Assembly: GCA_973895155.1 (NCBI GenBank) | Contig: OZ316893.1 | Location: forward strand, 22,417,844-22,481,843 | DNA: 64,000 bases | Origin: Marsupella aquatica | Taxonomy: Eukaryota > Plantae > Marchantiophyta | Reading direction: 5' to 3' | Part shown: piece after piece, positions 49,107 through 63,955 of the stretch | Layout: every line of letters begins with the position of its first letter | Position numbering within the stretch: position 1 is the first letter of the stretch | Program-made: the position numbers and the translations under genes | The notes under the pieces: model-generated | Told to the model about the DNA's origin: nothing | Database searches by the model: none | Seen by the model: the letters and a program-made list of their open reading frames with translations, nothing else

Positions 49107-50854
49107 CTATAGCAATTCTAAAAAGGCAAACCCATTCCACAAACTGTGGAGGACAATGGAAGCTAGAAGGTTTTTAGACCGAACAAAAACAAAGCCCATT
49201 ACTAAGCCTAGAAATGTGAGCGGAAGGATCCGCTGCATACTAAAATGGGCAAGGGCAAAAGCTAGAGCACTAATAAAAATGGCACCCCATAAGGGCATGT
49301 AACGTGTCATCGAAGGTAGCAGGAATCCTCTGAAGATCACTTCTTCCCATACTGGGGCACAAACTGAAATGACTATGGCATACAGCAAAGTTGCTACGGG
49401 ATCTCTGGACATCATGGATTGCTCCACATAAGATGTGCTGAGATTGGGAAGGGGTATAAGATAAAGATTTAACTGGGATAGTTTGTTTACAAATGGAAAG
49501 AGGAGGCAACCCCAGCAGGCCTCTGCAAGCCACTTTCCTTGCCATTTCACTGGAAACCACCCATGAGGAAGTGGAAAGAATTGGGCTAGGCAGCGCCTTA
49601 GTATCCATATACCAACGGCTCCCTCAGCAATGTCAGTAATCAAGCTGTAGAGGGCCTGGCCACGGAAGGTCAAGGAATGCCTGCTGAAGCCTGCCACTTG
49701 AGCTGCAATTGGAAGAACCCACGATCCCATCACCCAGAATGCAGCAAACCACAACACCATTACCTGCAATACCAAAAACATTTATCATATAAAAGACAAG
49801 ACAATAGCTGGCTCTCAAGTGCAAGGTAATCGATATAAGCAATTAATGGTCATTTTTGACAGACAATGAGCACAACTTTATGTACCAAACCTGAAAAATT
49901 GTTTGACCAGTCCAGGGAACCTTCCACATTGGCTCGTCTTTTCTCCAGTTGAAAATTAACTTGTTCCAATCAACCTGCATATAAGGACCATATTGTCAGC
50001 ACAAGATAGACCAAGACCGCAGAGTCCAAAGCGAACGAAATGCAGTATTTAGGATTGGCAGCGACAAATTCGTGGTCGTAAGTGGTTGGCTAGCAACAGT
50101 CTCACGTCGCATGCTCATCTATAATACAGATGGTATGTTTGTGACATCATATATTTGCAAGTGTGAACGAAACAGGGTGCCTAGCAGCCCTACAACTAAC
50201 AGATGATCGATCAGATGTTTCAACTCTAACGTCACAAACAAGTCAACAATCCATCAAAGATCCCCTTTGCCTATGGCAAAACCTCCGATCAAATGGAAAG
50301 TCCTACACCAACAACTTTAGTTAAAATTATCTTGCCTGTTGTAGCATGGTATTCCATCGTGGCCACATTGAAGAACTTGAGCTTGAGCTACTCGCATCTT
50401 GAGCATTCCCCCCATCGTCCGAGGTAGAATCACTCGAATTCGTGGATGAACCATCCCCCGGAGTAGCGGCACAGCGTGTTTGCCTCTTCCTTCTACTGTA
50501 GCCAATCGGCAGTGACTCAGTCTTGAGGATATTTTCTCCTGCGATGTCCAACACGTATCCGTGCACTGGAAGGAAGTTCCTTGATCGGATTAAAGTCGCC
50601 CTTATACCATAGAAGACAGGTTCAACACTATCCTTGACTATATCTGCTGGGTACGTCAAGGATCTAGACACTCTACCTGACTTTCTATTGTCCCACTCGC
50701 GTCTGAGGAAACATTGGGTCGCTATCTGAACTCCAGAGGTCTCTGTGCCCGAAGCAGATCCACCTGCTTTGTAAACTGGCAACCTCTTAGATGAACACTG
50801 CAGGTTATAAAACCCACATAGTTGATGCAAGCCTGTCATTGATAAAGTCTCCAT
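49107..50854 (-). CDS. CAAX prenyl protease 2 / CPBP (Abi) family membrane protease, probably plastid-targeted; three exons
   Basis: Motifs APVWEEVIFRGFLLPS, FALAHF and HSLWN. Exons ~50854-50331, ~49974-49891 (WKVPWTGQTIFQ) and ~49763-49107. Ser-rich transit-peptide-like N-terminus. Confidence 0.9.
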
Positions 50855-51369
50855 GGCAATCTACAACTACTCTTCGTGTCGTCCTAAGCAAGAAATCCGC
50901 GACCCCTAAATTGCATTTGCAACCACACATCAACCCGGTACCATTTCTTTACCAATGCCATACAACAATCTCAAGACATTGGCACGAATAATATCTCTGT
51001 TCAGTCAGTAGCCAATCATGCAAAGCATCAAGTAATATGCTCCGCCGCCTTTGCTTCCGAGTTAAAAGACTGGAATGTGAGGTCCAAAGTGTCAATGTCT
51101 AACCTACACTACATCTACAGCTAAAATTGATCGAAGAGGATTCCATTTCTGCAATAATATGGCCATGTTCGATAGCCTGAGTTGGTGCTCGCCTGTCATC
51201 ACTTCAAGTATCTGCTTCATCCTATACTACCGGTAACAACACTTCTCCATCTGAAGGACTGGTCAACTTGTTGCTGGTGGATATCATCTTTGACCTTGTC
51301 AAGAGAACACTTGCAGAAAAATGTGATCTAGCGTAGCACCATGCCCAGCCATGACCCGTGTCATAAATG

Positions 51370-53031
51370 CTACTCAGTATTTTCCTTCAAAATTCTTGGC
51401 ACTTTCAAATACGGTCCTTCCAGCTCTGGTGCAGCAGAAAGCATTGCATCCCTGAAAATCCAGAAGCCAAACAAGAGATCATTCACTGCTTTTTCCTGGC
51501 CATATGGATAATCCTCCCTTAATAACTTGGCTGGGTACCTACTTGCTATTGTAGATTTCAACCACGATACTTTTGACATTTCAATTAGGGGCCGTAGTTG
51601 TCAATCCTCCTGCGCTGGACCAAAGTTAAACCAAAGGTTTCTTCACACTGCGTTAGGCACCGGATGTCAACCTTGTACAGATCCGCACCAACTTTATAGA
51701 AAGTGTCTAAAGAAAGGTTGCTAGGCTGATGTGGGTACTCACCTTTCTTCAAAAATCACCGGCACGTCAGCGCGCAAGGTGCTTTCCCCTCCCACTTCCC
51801 CTGTGATAGCCAAAAACTCGCATTTCAGAAATGTTTGTTCTTCAACCGAGACCGTTCACTCTCCCTTTTCAGTACGAGCCACTACGTGAAGGCATCAACC
51901 ATCCATTTAAGGGTCCGGGGGATTCTCCTCCGAAGACCCTAGTAGAACCTAATGAAGTGGATATAAATTGGTTGGTTGTTCTCTGCAAGATCAAACGATG
52001 ACCTTCTCTTCATCATTCAGGTTCGGCCGGAGCAGCGGTGGAAAAGTAGAAATTAGGGACAAGTAGATTTTAAGTTCTTACCTACGCGGATGGCTGGTGC
52101 AACATTCTCTACGTCGACATCTTGAAGCTGAGAAAACCTAAAATTGGAAGCAGAGAAACGTATTAGCAGAACAGCGAGTGAGGGAGTGTTCTTTGATATC
52201 CAGCACAATGTAAGGTGAATCTTATCAACATACATTACTTCTGTGAACCCTAAGTGCATTGCAATAAACCCTAAATCTATTGCAAATGGTTGTCCTAGGA
52301 CCGCCGAACAGAAAAACGGGTTCCAAAGAACAAATCATACAACGTTCCAGGTGCTGTTTCGTCCACAAATTTGCCTCGGTCTGTCTTTCATCAGAGCATC
52401 CATGCAGTGGCATAGAACTGCTTACCAGTCGACGACGCTCGCAATCTTCGGAGTAAAGTCCGCAATCTTACCACACACAACACCGGGAATTCAGATCAGT
52501 CGTGGATTCCAAGTCTCAATATGAAGTAATGAACGTTTTCAAGGTCAAGCCTCACAAAACAGCTCCCTTGCGGTACCTACCTAGCTTCAATTTTCAAGGA
52601 AATTGGATAACTATTTTTGCCTGGGATTGGAACAGGAGGTGCACTATCCCCGTCGACCCACCAAAACGAGGTGGAACCCACAGGGGCACCGTCTCCTATG
52701 CGGCAGCCCAATCTTTGTCGAAAGAGAAAATTGAACAAAACTGTAGGTAGAGAAAGCAAGAGAAGGGCGTGGAGTAGTGAGGCACCTCTTCAGGGGTGAG
52801 ATGAATGCGAGCCTTTTCACACAACTGGGTCAGATTCGGTGGCTCCACTTGACGAGCAGAGGAAGACGAGGACGAGCTTCCAGAAGTAGTTGCCCTGCAG
52901 ACGATGAGGAGAGAGGAGGGGCGACTCTTTCTGCCGAGAGAAAGCAAAGAGGAGGCAGCAGACGCAGCCGCAGCAGGAGAAGAGAGCCGAGCAGCAGTGT
53001 GGGCAAGAAGAAGACCCTGAGCAGCAGCCAT
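51370..53031 (-). CDS. GATC: Glutamyl-tRNA(Gln) amidotransferase subunit C, organellar; five exons
   Basis: Transit peptide, then EPPNLTQLCEKARIHLTPEE / IADFTPKIASVVDW / FSQLQDVDVENVAPAIR / STLRADVPVIFEER / DAMLSAAPELEGPYLKVPRIL, joined across introns with GT donors and AG acceptors. Confidence 0.92.
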
Positions 53032-56000
53032 TATTCTGCTTCTGCTGCTGCTATTCAGCTGGGATGATGGTGGTGCTGGAGCTCCAGCCGACACGACACA
53101 GCAGCAGCAGCAGCAAAGGTGATTTGATCACTTGGGTGTTCTCGAGGTTCTTCACCTCGTCCTCGCTCTGTCTCATGTTTGTTTGTCCAATATGGGGTCA
53201 CCTCCTGTCCCTCAATAAACCCCTCTTCTGGCCTATCTTCTTTTTTGTCTTGAACGAATGAAATGACGAATAAGACTCACTACAGTAGTCTCGAGGCCTA
53301 TCTTCTTTTTTGTCTTGAACTAACCAATTGATGAATAAGGGTCGTCTTGTGCAAGAGTCCTTGAAAAAGCTGCCCTTAGCAGCCCACATATGTCAGGGAA
53401 AAGTGTGTGACAGGATCTAAACACAACTATGTGGGGAAAAGTGTGAGAGGATCTAAACTCTAAAGACAATCAAGAGCAGCTTAGGTGTGACATGCCCACT
53501 GAGTCGCAACTACTCGTGTTATGTCTGCTGTTTTGTTTTATTGAGATTTGAAGGTTCGGGACCTCAAGGGCCGGAAATTTTCCGTCCCTTGTATCTCAAC
53601 CAAAGACTCCGTCAGGACTGCCGCACTGTTGCTTCATGAAGGAATGCCACGGGTTCATCTGGGCTAGAAAGGAAAGGACCTCGCACATGCAAGATGACCC
53701 TAAGACTCACTAGTCTCGATTACCCATTCTCTTAGTAAGGAGTACGATAAGAGTGTCAACAAAATATATTTATTATTATCATTCTTTGAAGGTTAATGAA
53801 TGATAAAAAAAACTATCATGTATAGCCCCATCATTTTTAGCAATCATGCATATCATAACATACTCCTTTCTATGCACATATATTATGGTGGAACCTTAGA
53901 GTCACAATCTAGAGTCTTCACTCTAGAAACCTAGACCTCAACTTTAGCTTCCCTCTATGATTTATATATAAGATTGGCAGGGGATTAGCTTAGAACCGAG
54001 AGATCCAAGGCTCAATCCACACAAGGGGTGTGGAGGGTATGTGTGGGTCGGGTGTAGTGGTGGGACTTTGGGAGTATTAGGGCATCTCAAAATTAAAAAA
54101 TACTCGGGACTGGCCTGCTTTGCCATCTGCTGATATTATGGCCCGAAAGTACGGTTGTGTCCACATTATAGAGCACAATCAGAATAGGGGCACTTCTAAT
54201 TGAGTGGTGTCACAGATGCCCAACCTTCACCACCAAATACAGCACCAATGTTGTTGTTCAAGCAGCACAACACCACCAAAGACAACAACAATGTCTTTGT
54301 TCAAAGCAACAGCAAGTTCAAAAAGTGTTGAGGCTCAATCGATTGGCAACCTCTGACACTTTACCTACATAACTGTATGCTGGTCAAGTTTGGGTTAGGT
54401 TGCGGTGCGAATTGCAACTCCCGGACCGAAATGCAGGATTCAGAAAATGGCCGACCGGCCAGAATGGACTGCGGTTAGCTTGGTCTCAAACCCAATCAGC
54501 CAAAAATGGCAGCAATCTTTACTTTTGTACGCCCTATTGGTTTCTCCTTGGCCCCTGGCTGGTCTGCTTTGGGGCCCAGGTTTAACCCTCGCTCTCCCTC
54601 CTGGCCTAGGTCCGTGTCGGATCCCTGGGTGTTGTCCCCTTGTGACTACCCTACATAAAATTTCATGTTCCAAAGCAAGTAGTCTATCCTCTGTTGGATG
54701 GGCCTGCTTTTGGCTTTCAAGGCACAAAAAAATAAATGAGTAAGAGCACTTAGTAGACTCTCAACCCAATAGTGACATCCCAAGTGACATATTATCATTG
54801 CAGGGAACCCATTTCATGGTAAGCCCCCATGGATACTACTGGGACCCGCACCAGGACGGAAATAGGATTAAATTAGGGTCACAAAGAAGGCAACCAAGGG
54901 CCGAGGAGATAGTCCGAACTACATATCCATATAATAACCCTTGTGGTGGGGGGGGGGGGGGGGTTGAACCTAGGACCTCTCTGTTCCCCTCCAAACTAAT
55001 CCCCTAGCCAACTCACCTAAGCCAATTTTTTTTGTGGCCTATCTTCTCACCTATCATCTCCCATCTGGGTTTCTTTCTTTACTGACCCCATGGGAAGCTC
55101 CTTTCAAAATATTTGGAAGCACATGCAACCACATCAGCACTATTGGTCACAAACAAGAATGGTTTATTTTGTAAAACGTACCAAGCAAAAAGTACCAAGA
55201 AACACTATGTGTGTTTAAAACTAATCAAAGAAAAACACCTGGTGTGTAAAATCAATAGAAAACTGAAAAATAATATTTCAAATATATCAAAGAAAGGGGT
55301 GAAAAGGGAATAAAAGAACATAAACTTTAGATAGGTTGTGATTGATATATCAATATTTTGCAGTAACTTTGTTAAATGGGTTGTGAACTATATATCAATG
55401 AAATGTATTGTGATTGATATATCAATGTTTTTCAGAAACTTCTTATATGGGTTGTCAATGTTTTCCAGAAACTTGTTATGCGGGTTTGTCAATGTTTTCC
55501 AGTAAGTTAGAATTTTCAATTTAATTAATTCAATTAAAATGGATGATCTATTAATTAAGATGGATCGATTCTAGTTTTGGCAGGAGATACAATCAATATT
55601 TTGAACAAAGCTACAAAACCTATACTATGAAGCACACAAATATTCCTGTGAAAGGGGTATAATTTCTGGAGGTGTCAGGTTTTGGGGGCAGAATGCGGTG
55701 GACCACAACCTGTTACGAGCAACAGGATCAGGCTCGTGTACTAGCCAAGGAAGGAAGGACAAATAGCAATGCGCTTTCTAGCAGGCAAGAACATCATTTA
55801 TGGCAGTTCCTAGCTCCTGCCTTCAAGCAAACCTCACAAATTACCACATCCTGACGCAAGAAATTGCCAGCAGGAGTAGTTAGCCCGCTGATGGATAAGC
55901 GGCTGTAGATAGAATTTATTTTTCTCGTGCCTACCATGCCATGCATGGTGACAGTGCACTAATATTTCCTGAAGAGCCTCCAAAACTGCGAGTCAGGGGT

Positions 56001-56137
56001 CTGACTACTATACTGTGGGTTGTGAAGATCAGACTCTGATCCCAATCCAATCATCCGTAACAACAATAAGACTATGGACTTTCTTTTGTACAAAACAATT
56101 GGGAATTAAGTGGACCTGAGACAGGAACTCCAAAATG

Positions 56138-59100
56138 TCAGCCCTTCGACCCAAGAAGCTTTAGAGCCAGGGCTTCTTGCTCCTCTAATGACAACTTAGA
56201 GACTTTTCTTCCAGGTACATCCTTCTTCGACCCAATGTGTGAATGCCTTGGACTGGACTCATCATCGGAATGGAAGTCTTCCTCGGAACCTGATACACCT
56301 TGATCACTGCTTTGTCCCCTTAAACTCCCACTCTTCTGATACGTTGGACCATCCTCCTCTTCACTACCAGATGCATCATCACTCTGGCTGGGAGATCCAG
56401 TTCTCAGACGAGGACCATCCTCTTCAGCGTCGACAGATGCTTCCCGGGCTTTGCGTTTCATTTTCATCCGTTTCTCACGAAGGCGCTGCTTCTCCAGCAG
56501 CCTGTCCTCTTTGTCCCGTTTCTTCATTTCCTCCTTCACACGTTTGAACCGCTCCCCAGCAGCTTCAGCTATCTCTTTTGTTACACCTGCAAGCCCAACA
56601 ACAATAATGGAATTAACGAAATAAACCTTCACAAATACCGATACGAGATTCCCAAGAGATGGAACGGACTTTGATCAGAAAATTGATGAGAGGAGTTTCC
56701 TTACCAGCTGTATCCTCATTGTCCTCATTTCCATCTCTGGCTAGAGCAGCAAGAGGAGGGAGTGCATTGCCTTCTTCATCAAAAACAAGTCGCCTACTTC
56801 CTGCCCTTCCGGAATCGATCTTCAGCTTTTTGTTCTTCATTACCTTTACACCAGAGCTGCCAGTGGAAAACAGGTGATAAGACTTACGAAAAGAAGTTTC
56901 TCACGTGAAGAAATTCAAGCAGCAAAGATCGAAGTGATCGGCTCGTTCAATCCAAATTTAAACATGCGTTTCATCATGCTAGCTCAGATAGGTTAAATAA
57001 TAGGTTAGATAGTAGTGTGCGGAAAAAAGTCTGGATGAAACATGCTCTTCGAAGCCACCTTCACATCACATTCCTTGTCTTTATGGTCAGGCAAACCTGA
57101 CATCCAGCAGAAGTTGATATGAGTGATCACCTTTTCTCTAGACGAAATTGTGGATCAATATTGTCGGTCTCTGCCCTTGGCCTCTTCTTGCTTAGAAACT
57201 CCTCATCGCTGTCGTCCTGCTTATTTGACGTATTCTCTACTGCGCGATTATTCTCATGGGCTGTAGATAAAACATCCATGTTCTTTCTATTGAAAAGACG
57301 ATCCAACTTGGATTTTTTCTTATCCACTTTAGAAACAGCCTCCCTATCCTGTTCAACTTTCACTGAAATTTCCTCTCCGTTATCATCATCTGACTCCTCA
57401 TCGTCACTAGAATCACTACCATTCTGTTTGGCTCCCTCAGAGCCTTTTGAACCACCAGATTTTTTCTTCAAAAAGCGAACTCTAGGAGTGGTAGGTAAAC
57501 CCAGCGAGAGAGCGTATTCTGCCAAAGGAAGCTTTGTCACGTCAAAGACTTCTTTATTGGAATGCAGATAAATGGAGCGTAGATATGTGACAAAAGCACG
57601 CTGTGCTAGATACTTGAGAGTGGTATCCCTAGATAGGAGACCTGCCAGCGTTCCAGATACTGACTGAACTTTGCTCTTGTTCGGCTGCACAAAAAATAGC
57701 TTAAATGTTAAAGAAATGAGGAGGGACTCCCAACCGTATATTCAAGAATATCTTAACAAATGCAAGTTCTGTAGTAGTGGATACCTTGATGACTTTGATT
57801 GGTACTTTTGCTACTTCCAACTCGGTCAAGAACTCCTCTTCTGAAGGCACAAGGAAGAGCAAAGAGCGACCAGCAGCTGTGTATCGAGCAGTACGACCAA
57901 CGCGATGAATGTATGTAGCGACATCTTCAGGGCAATCCATCTGTGTAGTCCAAAGTAGCGCATTATGTAAGCATAAATATGAAACCCACTCTCAAAACAT
58001 AAAAGTACCACTTTTACATGCCAACCCAACAGCTATACAAACAGCAATGTACTTCACAATCATAGCGTGTGTAACGTAATAAATCCTTTGAATACATTTG
58101 AGGGCAAAAAGATAGACATGAGAGCAAGAAAGAGAGCCTATGTAGTGCTACTTAGCAGCCCAGTAGACATGGCTTCAAACAGTAAGCTGTCTTTTCAAAT
58201 GTAACGATTCCCTGAGAATTGTCGTCCAAGGTTTGGAGATGGCAATTAACTGAAAAAATCATTAGGGGGCAGTCCTCAACACGGTTACATGACGGCCCTC
58301 ATTAAATGCAAGAAGAATGTTTTGCACCTGAACCACCCAGTCTACCGAAGGGAAATCCAATCCCCTGGCGGCAACATCCGTGCAAAAGAGCAGGGAGTGC
58401 TTGGTCTCACAAAAGCTTAGGAACACGATCGACCGTTGTTGTTGCTTCATGCGACCATGCAGGCACTTGACTGGTACGCCTGGCCGCATTTTCTTGAATG
58501 CTTCGTGGACAAACTTGACCTGAAAGAAAGCATTGTAGGGACTGAATAAGTGAATTGACATTTTCGTCCATGGACTCCTAATTTGGACATGGAACAGAAA
58601 AAATAATCCAGTGCTCGACCCAAAAGAAGGAGTAGTTGTCATAAGGAGTGGAAACATATACTTGCAAGCAGGAGTGATCTGGACCTATCCACGCTTAGCA
58701 GTCCGAGGTGTCAAAATTCTCAAACTCCCTATTCTCTGGATGTATCAGTGACCTCCCATTCAGCAAGTCATAATCAGCTCATTTCAATTTACCACCTACG
58801 CTGGAGCAAATTTTAGGATGTAAACAAAAGCAGCCCATCCTCTTACCTGTTTGCAACTGGACAAGAACACAAGCGTTTTGAAGTGCAGATGGGTCTTCAC
58901 AAAACTCCACAGCATGTTCATCTTCTCATCCAAAGGCACTATCATCCCCGTCTGTTGTAACCTTGCTGGCGTTGCTGCAGTTGACTCTGCATGCACAGCT
59001 AAGTATTCTGGATCAACTAGACTCAGCCTAGCAAGGTCCTGCACCGATCGAGTTTGAGTAGCAGAGAACAGAAATGTCTGTCGCTCCTTCGACAGTTGAC

Positions 59101-61012
59101 CAACAATGGCATTCAATGTGCCAGCAAACCCCATGTCGAGAATTCGATCGGCTTCATCAAGGACCAAAACCTACATATTGGAAGAGAAGAATCAATGAAT
59201 TTAAAGACCAATAACGACCAAACAGACATTAAACCTACAGCTACAAAGAATTCTGAGTCAATATTTCCAGTTCGGTCAACTGGCCTGCAAGAGACCAACT
59301 AAAGCGCACATAAACATCCTTGATCTCCACTGGATGTCTCATGAGCTGACGTAGAAACCCCCTACAACTTCCTTTGTCAAATCTTGACTTCTAAGAAAAG
59401 CATAAAGCACAACTTTCTTTTCTTGGTTGCTCAAATTCAGTTCTAGTCATCAGTCTTACTAGAAACAACATTGATTTAGCCACTTTTGAGAGAGAGTTGT
59501 ATAATGCGAATGTGTTCTTCGACGCCAGCAGCACACGAGACCTATGCTTGCTCCAAAAACTATGTAAAGCCCAAACTTTTCACATTCTACGCAGGGACTC
59601 TATGTCGTAGGAGTACTGTACCTGCAACTGGGAAGCGTCAAAACTGGGCGTCTCATCCATATGCTGCAAAAGTCTGCCAGGTGTGCATACCAAGACATTC
59701 AATCTCCCGACATGCTCCTTCTCTGTTTCAACGTCCTTCCTTCCTCCTATAAGAAGGCCTGCACTTAATGAATGATGTTTACCAACTTTTCGAAGTTCCT
59801 CGAAAATTTGGAAAGCTAATTCTCTTGTGGGAGATATTACGATCGCACCGAGTCCGTCATCAGCACCCCACCGTAATCTATAAAGCTTCTCAATAACCTG
59901 CAGATACGATATCATTAACTTCAAATATCGTCATAAAACAAGGTTCATGATTTAAGGACATAAACCATCTTCACTTCACAGGATGATGCGACACATGAAT
60001 TTGCAACTATGTACACGCCTTTTCAGTCCATTCTTCCCTTTCTGTTCGAGTCGACGGAAGTGGGCCATGTGTAGAATCTCACGCCATATCGCTCTGAGAT
60101 GGGCGTGCATAATGCACTGCTCAATAACATACTTCATCTCCACAGAAACTGACAACTTCATCCCATCTCAAGCAATTCTGTCTCAGAATTGGGAATGGCG
60201 AAGAGCAAATTCAAGGTTCAAAAAATGACTAAAAGCTGTCTCCCCGAGTCCTTTATTTAAAGGATGCAGGAGGGCAGAACGCATGAGTGACCTGACATCA
60301 AGACTATGAAATGATTTTAATGCCCACAAATTCCCTCTTGAGCAAGGGACAAAGGGTAAACGCGACATGACGTACTATATGTCAGACTGCTTACACAGAA
60401 ATGCCATCATGATGCAAATGAATTCCCTAACACAGACCTGATAGCTATAGAGAAGGAATGTCTCCAGTCACCGGACCCCGAGAGAAAGAAATAAGAAAGC
60501 CCATGAGAAATTGAACCACTCCGGGCCCAACTAAAGGAGTTAATTACCGGAAGAAGGAATGCAAGCGTCTTGCCCGAACCTGTCTTGGCAGCTCCCAAAA
60601 CATCCCTTCCACACAAGCAGTGCGGCAGAGCAGCCCTCTGAATTGCCGTCATGTGCGTATACTTCGCATCCTTCAGGCCCCTCTTGCTCCGATCGGACAA
60701 GGGCAACTGCTCAAAATACTTGGCGCCGACGTAGGGCTGGCGAGGGTCTGCCGGTTTACCATCTTTCCCAGCTAAGCCTACATCCTTGGGAAGCGAGCTC
60801 GCCAGAGGATTCGTACCGGGAAGTGGTGCCCCGGCTTCAATCCTAGCATTCAAGGCCTCAATCTCCTCGACTTCTTCCACCTTCTTTCCTCTAAACTTCC
60901 TCTTCGAATTTCCTTCTGGCCTCTTGGCACCAACTTTCCCTTTGCCGCTTCCTCCTCCTCCTTCTCGGTCATCTTTACCTCTCTTCCGCTTCTCCATTTT
61001 CTGCCCCACCAT
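56138..61012 (-). CDS. DEAD-box RNA helicase of the DDX10/DBP4 (plant RH32) type, multi-exon
   Basis: [85 protein letters not shown]...FDVTKLP and a C-terminal [11 protein letters not shown]. Confidence 0.95.
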
Positions 61013-61781
61013 AATGCTCTCCCTCTCGATCTCCCTCTCACCAAAACCGAATGAAATTCTCCTCCAAGGTCATCGACCTAAAATCTCCCCTCGTCCACGG
61101 TTTGTTGATTAATTACTTCCTTCTCCGCCATGTAGCAGATCAGATTTCGTCAGGGATTCCACCCTATTACCAAACAATAATCTATCATACACCATCCGTG
61201 GCTCCTTCCGTGATGAAAAATTCCGATTCAAGTCCCTTCTGTTCCAATCCTTCCTCCACTCCACAATCTAATTACCACTGTAGAACCAAAAAAACTCCTC
61301 GACTGTTGCTGGAGAGACTCACGAGCAGCTGTTTTCGGGAAATGATTACCTTGCGATTCAAACGGTGAGAAATTCTTCCATCGATCAGGCGATTGTGAAC
61401 GACCCGGTCATCCAAACAGAGACACTACTGAGTCTGGAGCTGTAACAGCCACCATCCTCTTTCTTTGACAATGAAATCTCTCCCCAGTCCTCCTAGATTA
61501 CTCCCAAAACTCTCCCAAAACTCTCATCGCCGTATGAACTCAATCAACCCGGCGTGGAGGAACAAGAGACTCGGATTTAGGGTTCAGGGTTTTTCCCAAA
61601 AACTCGAGTGGTGGGGTTCTTTACAAGCGTTAAATAAGCTCATCTCCCCTTTTTTTTAATTTTATTCTTTGTTGTCCCTTCATTGTACTTTGTTGGGCTC
61701 TATTTAGTAAATTAAGACCAATTTTAATTTATTCCTGGGCTTTTCATTTTTCTGCCCAATAGGTTATAGTTTTCTGCTTCT

Positions 61782-61985
61782 TAATGGATTTTTTGTTGTT
61801 GTGGGGACTCGTTGGCTTGCTGGGACCTCTTGGAGCTTCTCCAGCCTTTGCCTTCTCCCTCCCTTAATTGGGCTATTTCACGTGTGGGATCTTCTGCTTC
61901 TTAATGGACTTTTTGTTGTTGTGGGAGACTCCTTGGCTTGTTGGGACTCTTGGGGCTTCTCTAGGCCTTTCCCTTCTCTGGGCTG
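61782..61985. repeat. About 120-bp diverged direct repeat
   Basis: TTCTGCTTCTTAATGGA.TTTTTGTTGTTGTGGG..ACTC..TTGGCTTG occurs twice, at ~61772 and ~61892. Confidence 0.7.
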
Positions 61986-63174
61986 TTTACCTGTGGGAAC
62001 TTATCTCTTGGTTTAGCATTTTTGTCACCTATTGGATCTGTCTCCTGGTTTGGTGTTTTTGTAGCATGTGGGATCATATGTACTGGTTTGACATAATTGT
62101 CCTTTTTTTGGTTTATTGGGTGTTCTTGGGGCATTCCCCTTCTCTCTCCCTTTGTTGGGTCTTTTTGCCCTCTGTGATCATCTAGGATCATGTCTCTGGG
62201 TTTGGCATTTTGTCTTTTTGGCACTATGATATTTATTTTTCCCCTTTGTCATCTCTTTCTTTGTAAGTAGCTTGAGTGCAAGTTCCTTGAAAGTAAATAC
62301 ACTCAACCATGTATAAGCTAGCCACACTATGTACAAGTGCATTATGTGGCTAACTGCAGGCCGATTGTGTACTCACCTTATATTATACTGCTTTCCTTTA
62401 AAAAATTCACAATGCATAAGTGCAGGTCTACCCACACCAAACAAATACATAAGGGCATTTATTGACAAGTGCAACACACAATTATATAAAGTAGTTGCAT
62501 GCACTTATCCCATTGAGTTGTCCAATATGCAAGCTCGGGGCATGAGGAGTCTGATGTGTGTGACTTGAAAACATGTATGAGAAAGATTTCCCATGGACCA
62601 TCATCTTTGACAAGAGGTTTGGATAGACCATTGCGATAAGCATGTTTTGCCGTTGACTTTTTGAGATTCTGGCAAAATCTCCTAATGTTTCCATAGCTAA
62701 TAGTATTCTTTACCATAGATAAGAGGGTTCTTTGCCAGATGGAAGGGTTCAGGTTAAATCAAGAAGAAATCAACAGGTCGGTGTTGTGAGTAATTGATAA
62801 ATGATACCTCCCTTGCCAGGAGAGAGGTCGTCAGACTTACCTCCTGCCAAGAATTATAGATGAAAAGGCAGCTTCATATTTTCCCACTGTTATCCTTGTG
62901 TCCCCTCATCTAGAAGCTTCACTATAGACATCATTTCTTGTCCCCGACCCCCAAATCACGGCTTTACGTGAGAGCCCAAAAATACAACTTACCTGATGAT
63001 TACATATTGATTTAAACCGGTCTACCATTCGTTATTATATTTTCAAATTACAATATGTTCGATTGTTCCTGTTTTCCTCTAGAATTCCTGTCCTGTCCTG
63101 ATCTGTCCTGTCCAGGCCTCTTTATTGTCTTTGCAGGTGACCTCTGTTCATGGTACAGTTGATCAGCAAGCTGT

Positions 63175-63955
63175 TCATGGGTACAAATTGCTCATCCTTC
63201 GCTGATCTACTGAGACAGAAGAATTCTTTCTAGGGCTTTCGTCAAGGTTTTTGTCACATGAATTCGTATGGCCATTTGAAGTTGAAGGACTGTGGTTGGG
63301 TTGGTCGTTGGGAATGAGAATCACACAATGAGCTGCCTTCTGTAAATATAAATTACGAAATTGTACGACTGTCTCAACCACACAAACTCACAATTGATGA
63401 ATCCCTGCATACCGACCTGTCAATCTTGATCAATATACGCAATTTCTACATAGTACCCATCAATCTCTATCACACGTTCGTTGACACTATGCATAATTTC
63501 TGCGACATAAACGAACAATTTCGCCTGCTGCTTTAAAAGGAGGAGAAAGCTGCAACAGGAAAATTTCATACTGGATTGCATAGGCAGACAAGCCAATATT
63601 TACTACATTTCTGCTGTACACTGAACTCACCTTCAAACCTGTGAAAGGCCCCAATGAACTCGAGATATGAACACACAAGATAATATTGATTAGAATCCAC
63701 GGATTCCCCTGATAAAATAGTCATGACAAACGCTCAATGTAAGACCATGAGGGAAAAAGTACCAAGATTCCTCAATTGTTGACGAAGACAGAACTTTGCA
63801 CTGATACTCGCCAGTCATGATCATTGAATGAGCGTGCAGAGCTGCAAGTTTGACTGGAGAGTCCTTAAATTGTCGGGAAAAATGAGTCTCCTCTGTTGCT
63901 GCAAGAAGATACACTTCGCTGAAAAAAGTTTCTTTCGGCACGGCCCAATGGGCCT
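63175..63955 (-). CDS. Probable 3' exons of an unidentified intron-containing gene entering from the right edge
   Basis: CTACAG acceptor followed by the open frame AHWAVPKETFFSEVYLLAA...EESW, with further short AG/GT-bounded blocks; no family recognised. Confidence 0.3.

Noticed and set aside
47664-49112. Several 66-127 aa ORFs between the TM ORF and the CAAX protease
   Set aside because: No domain signal or consistent exon structure.
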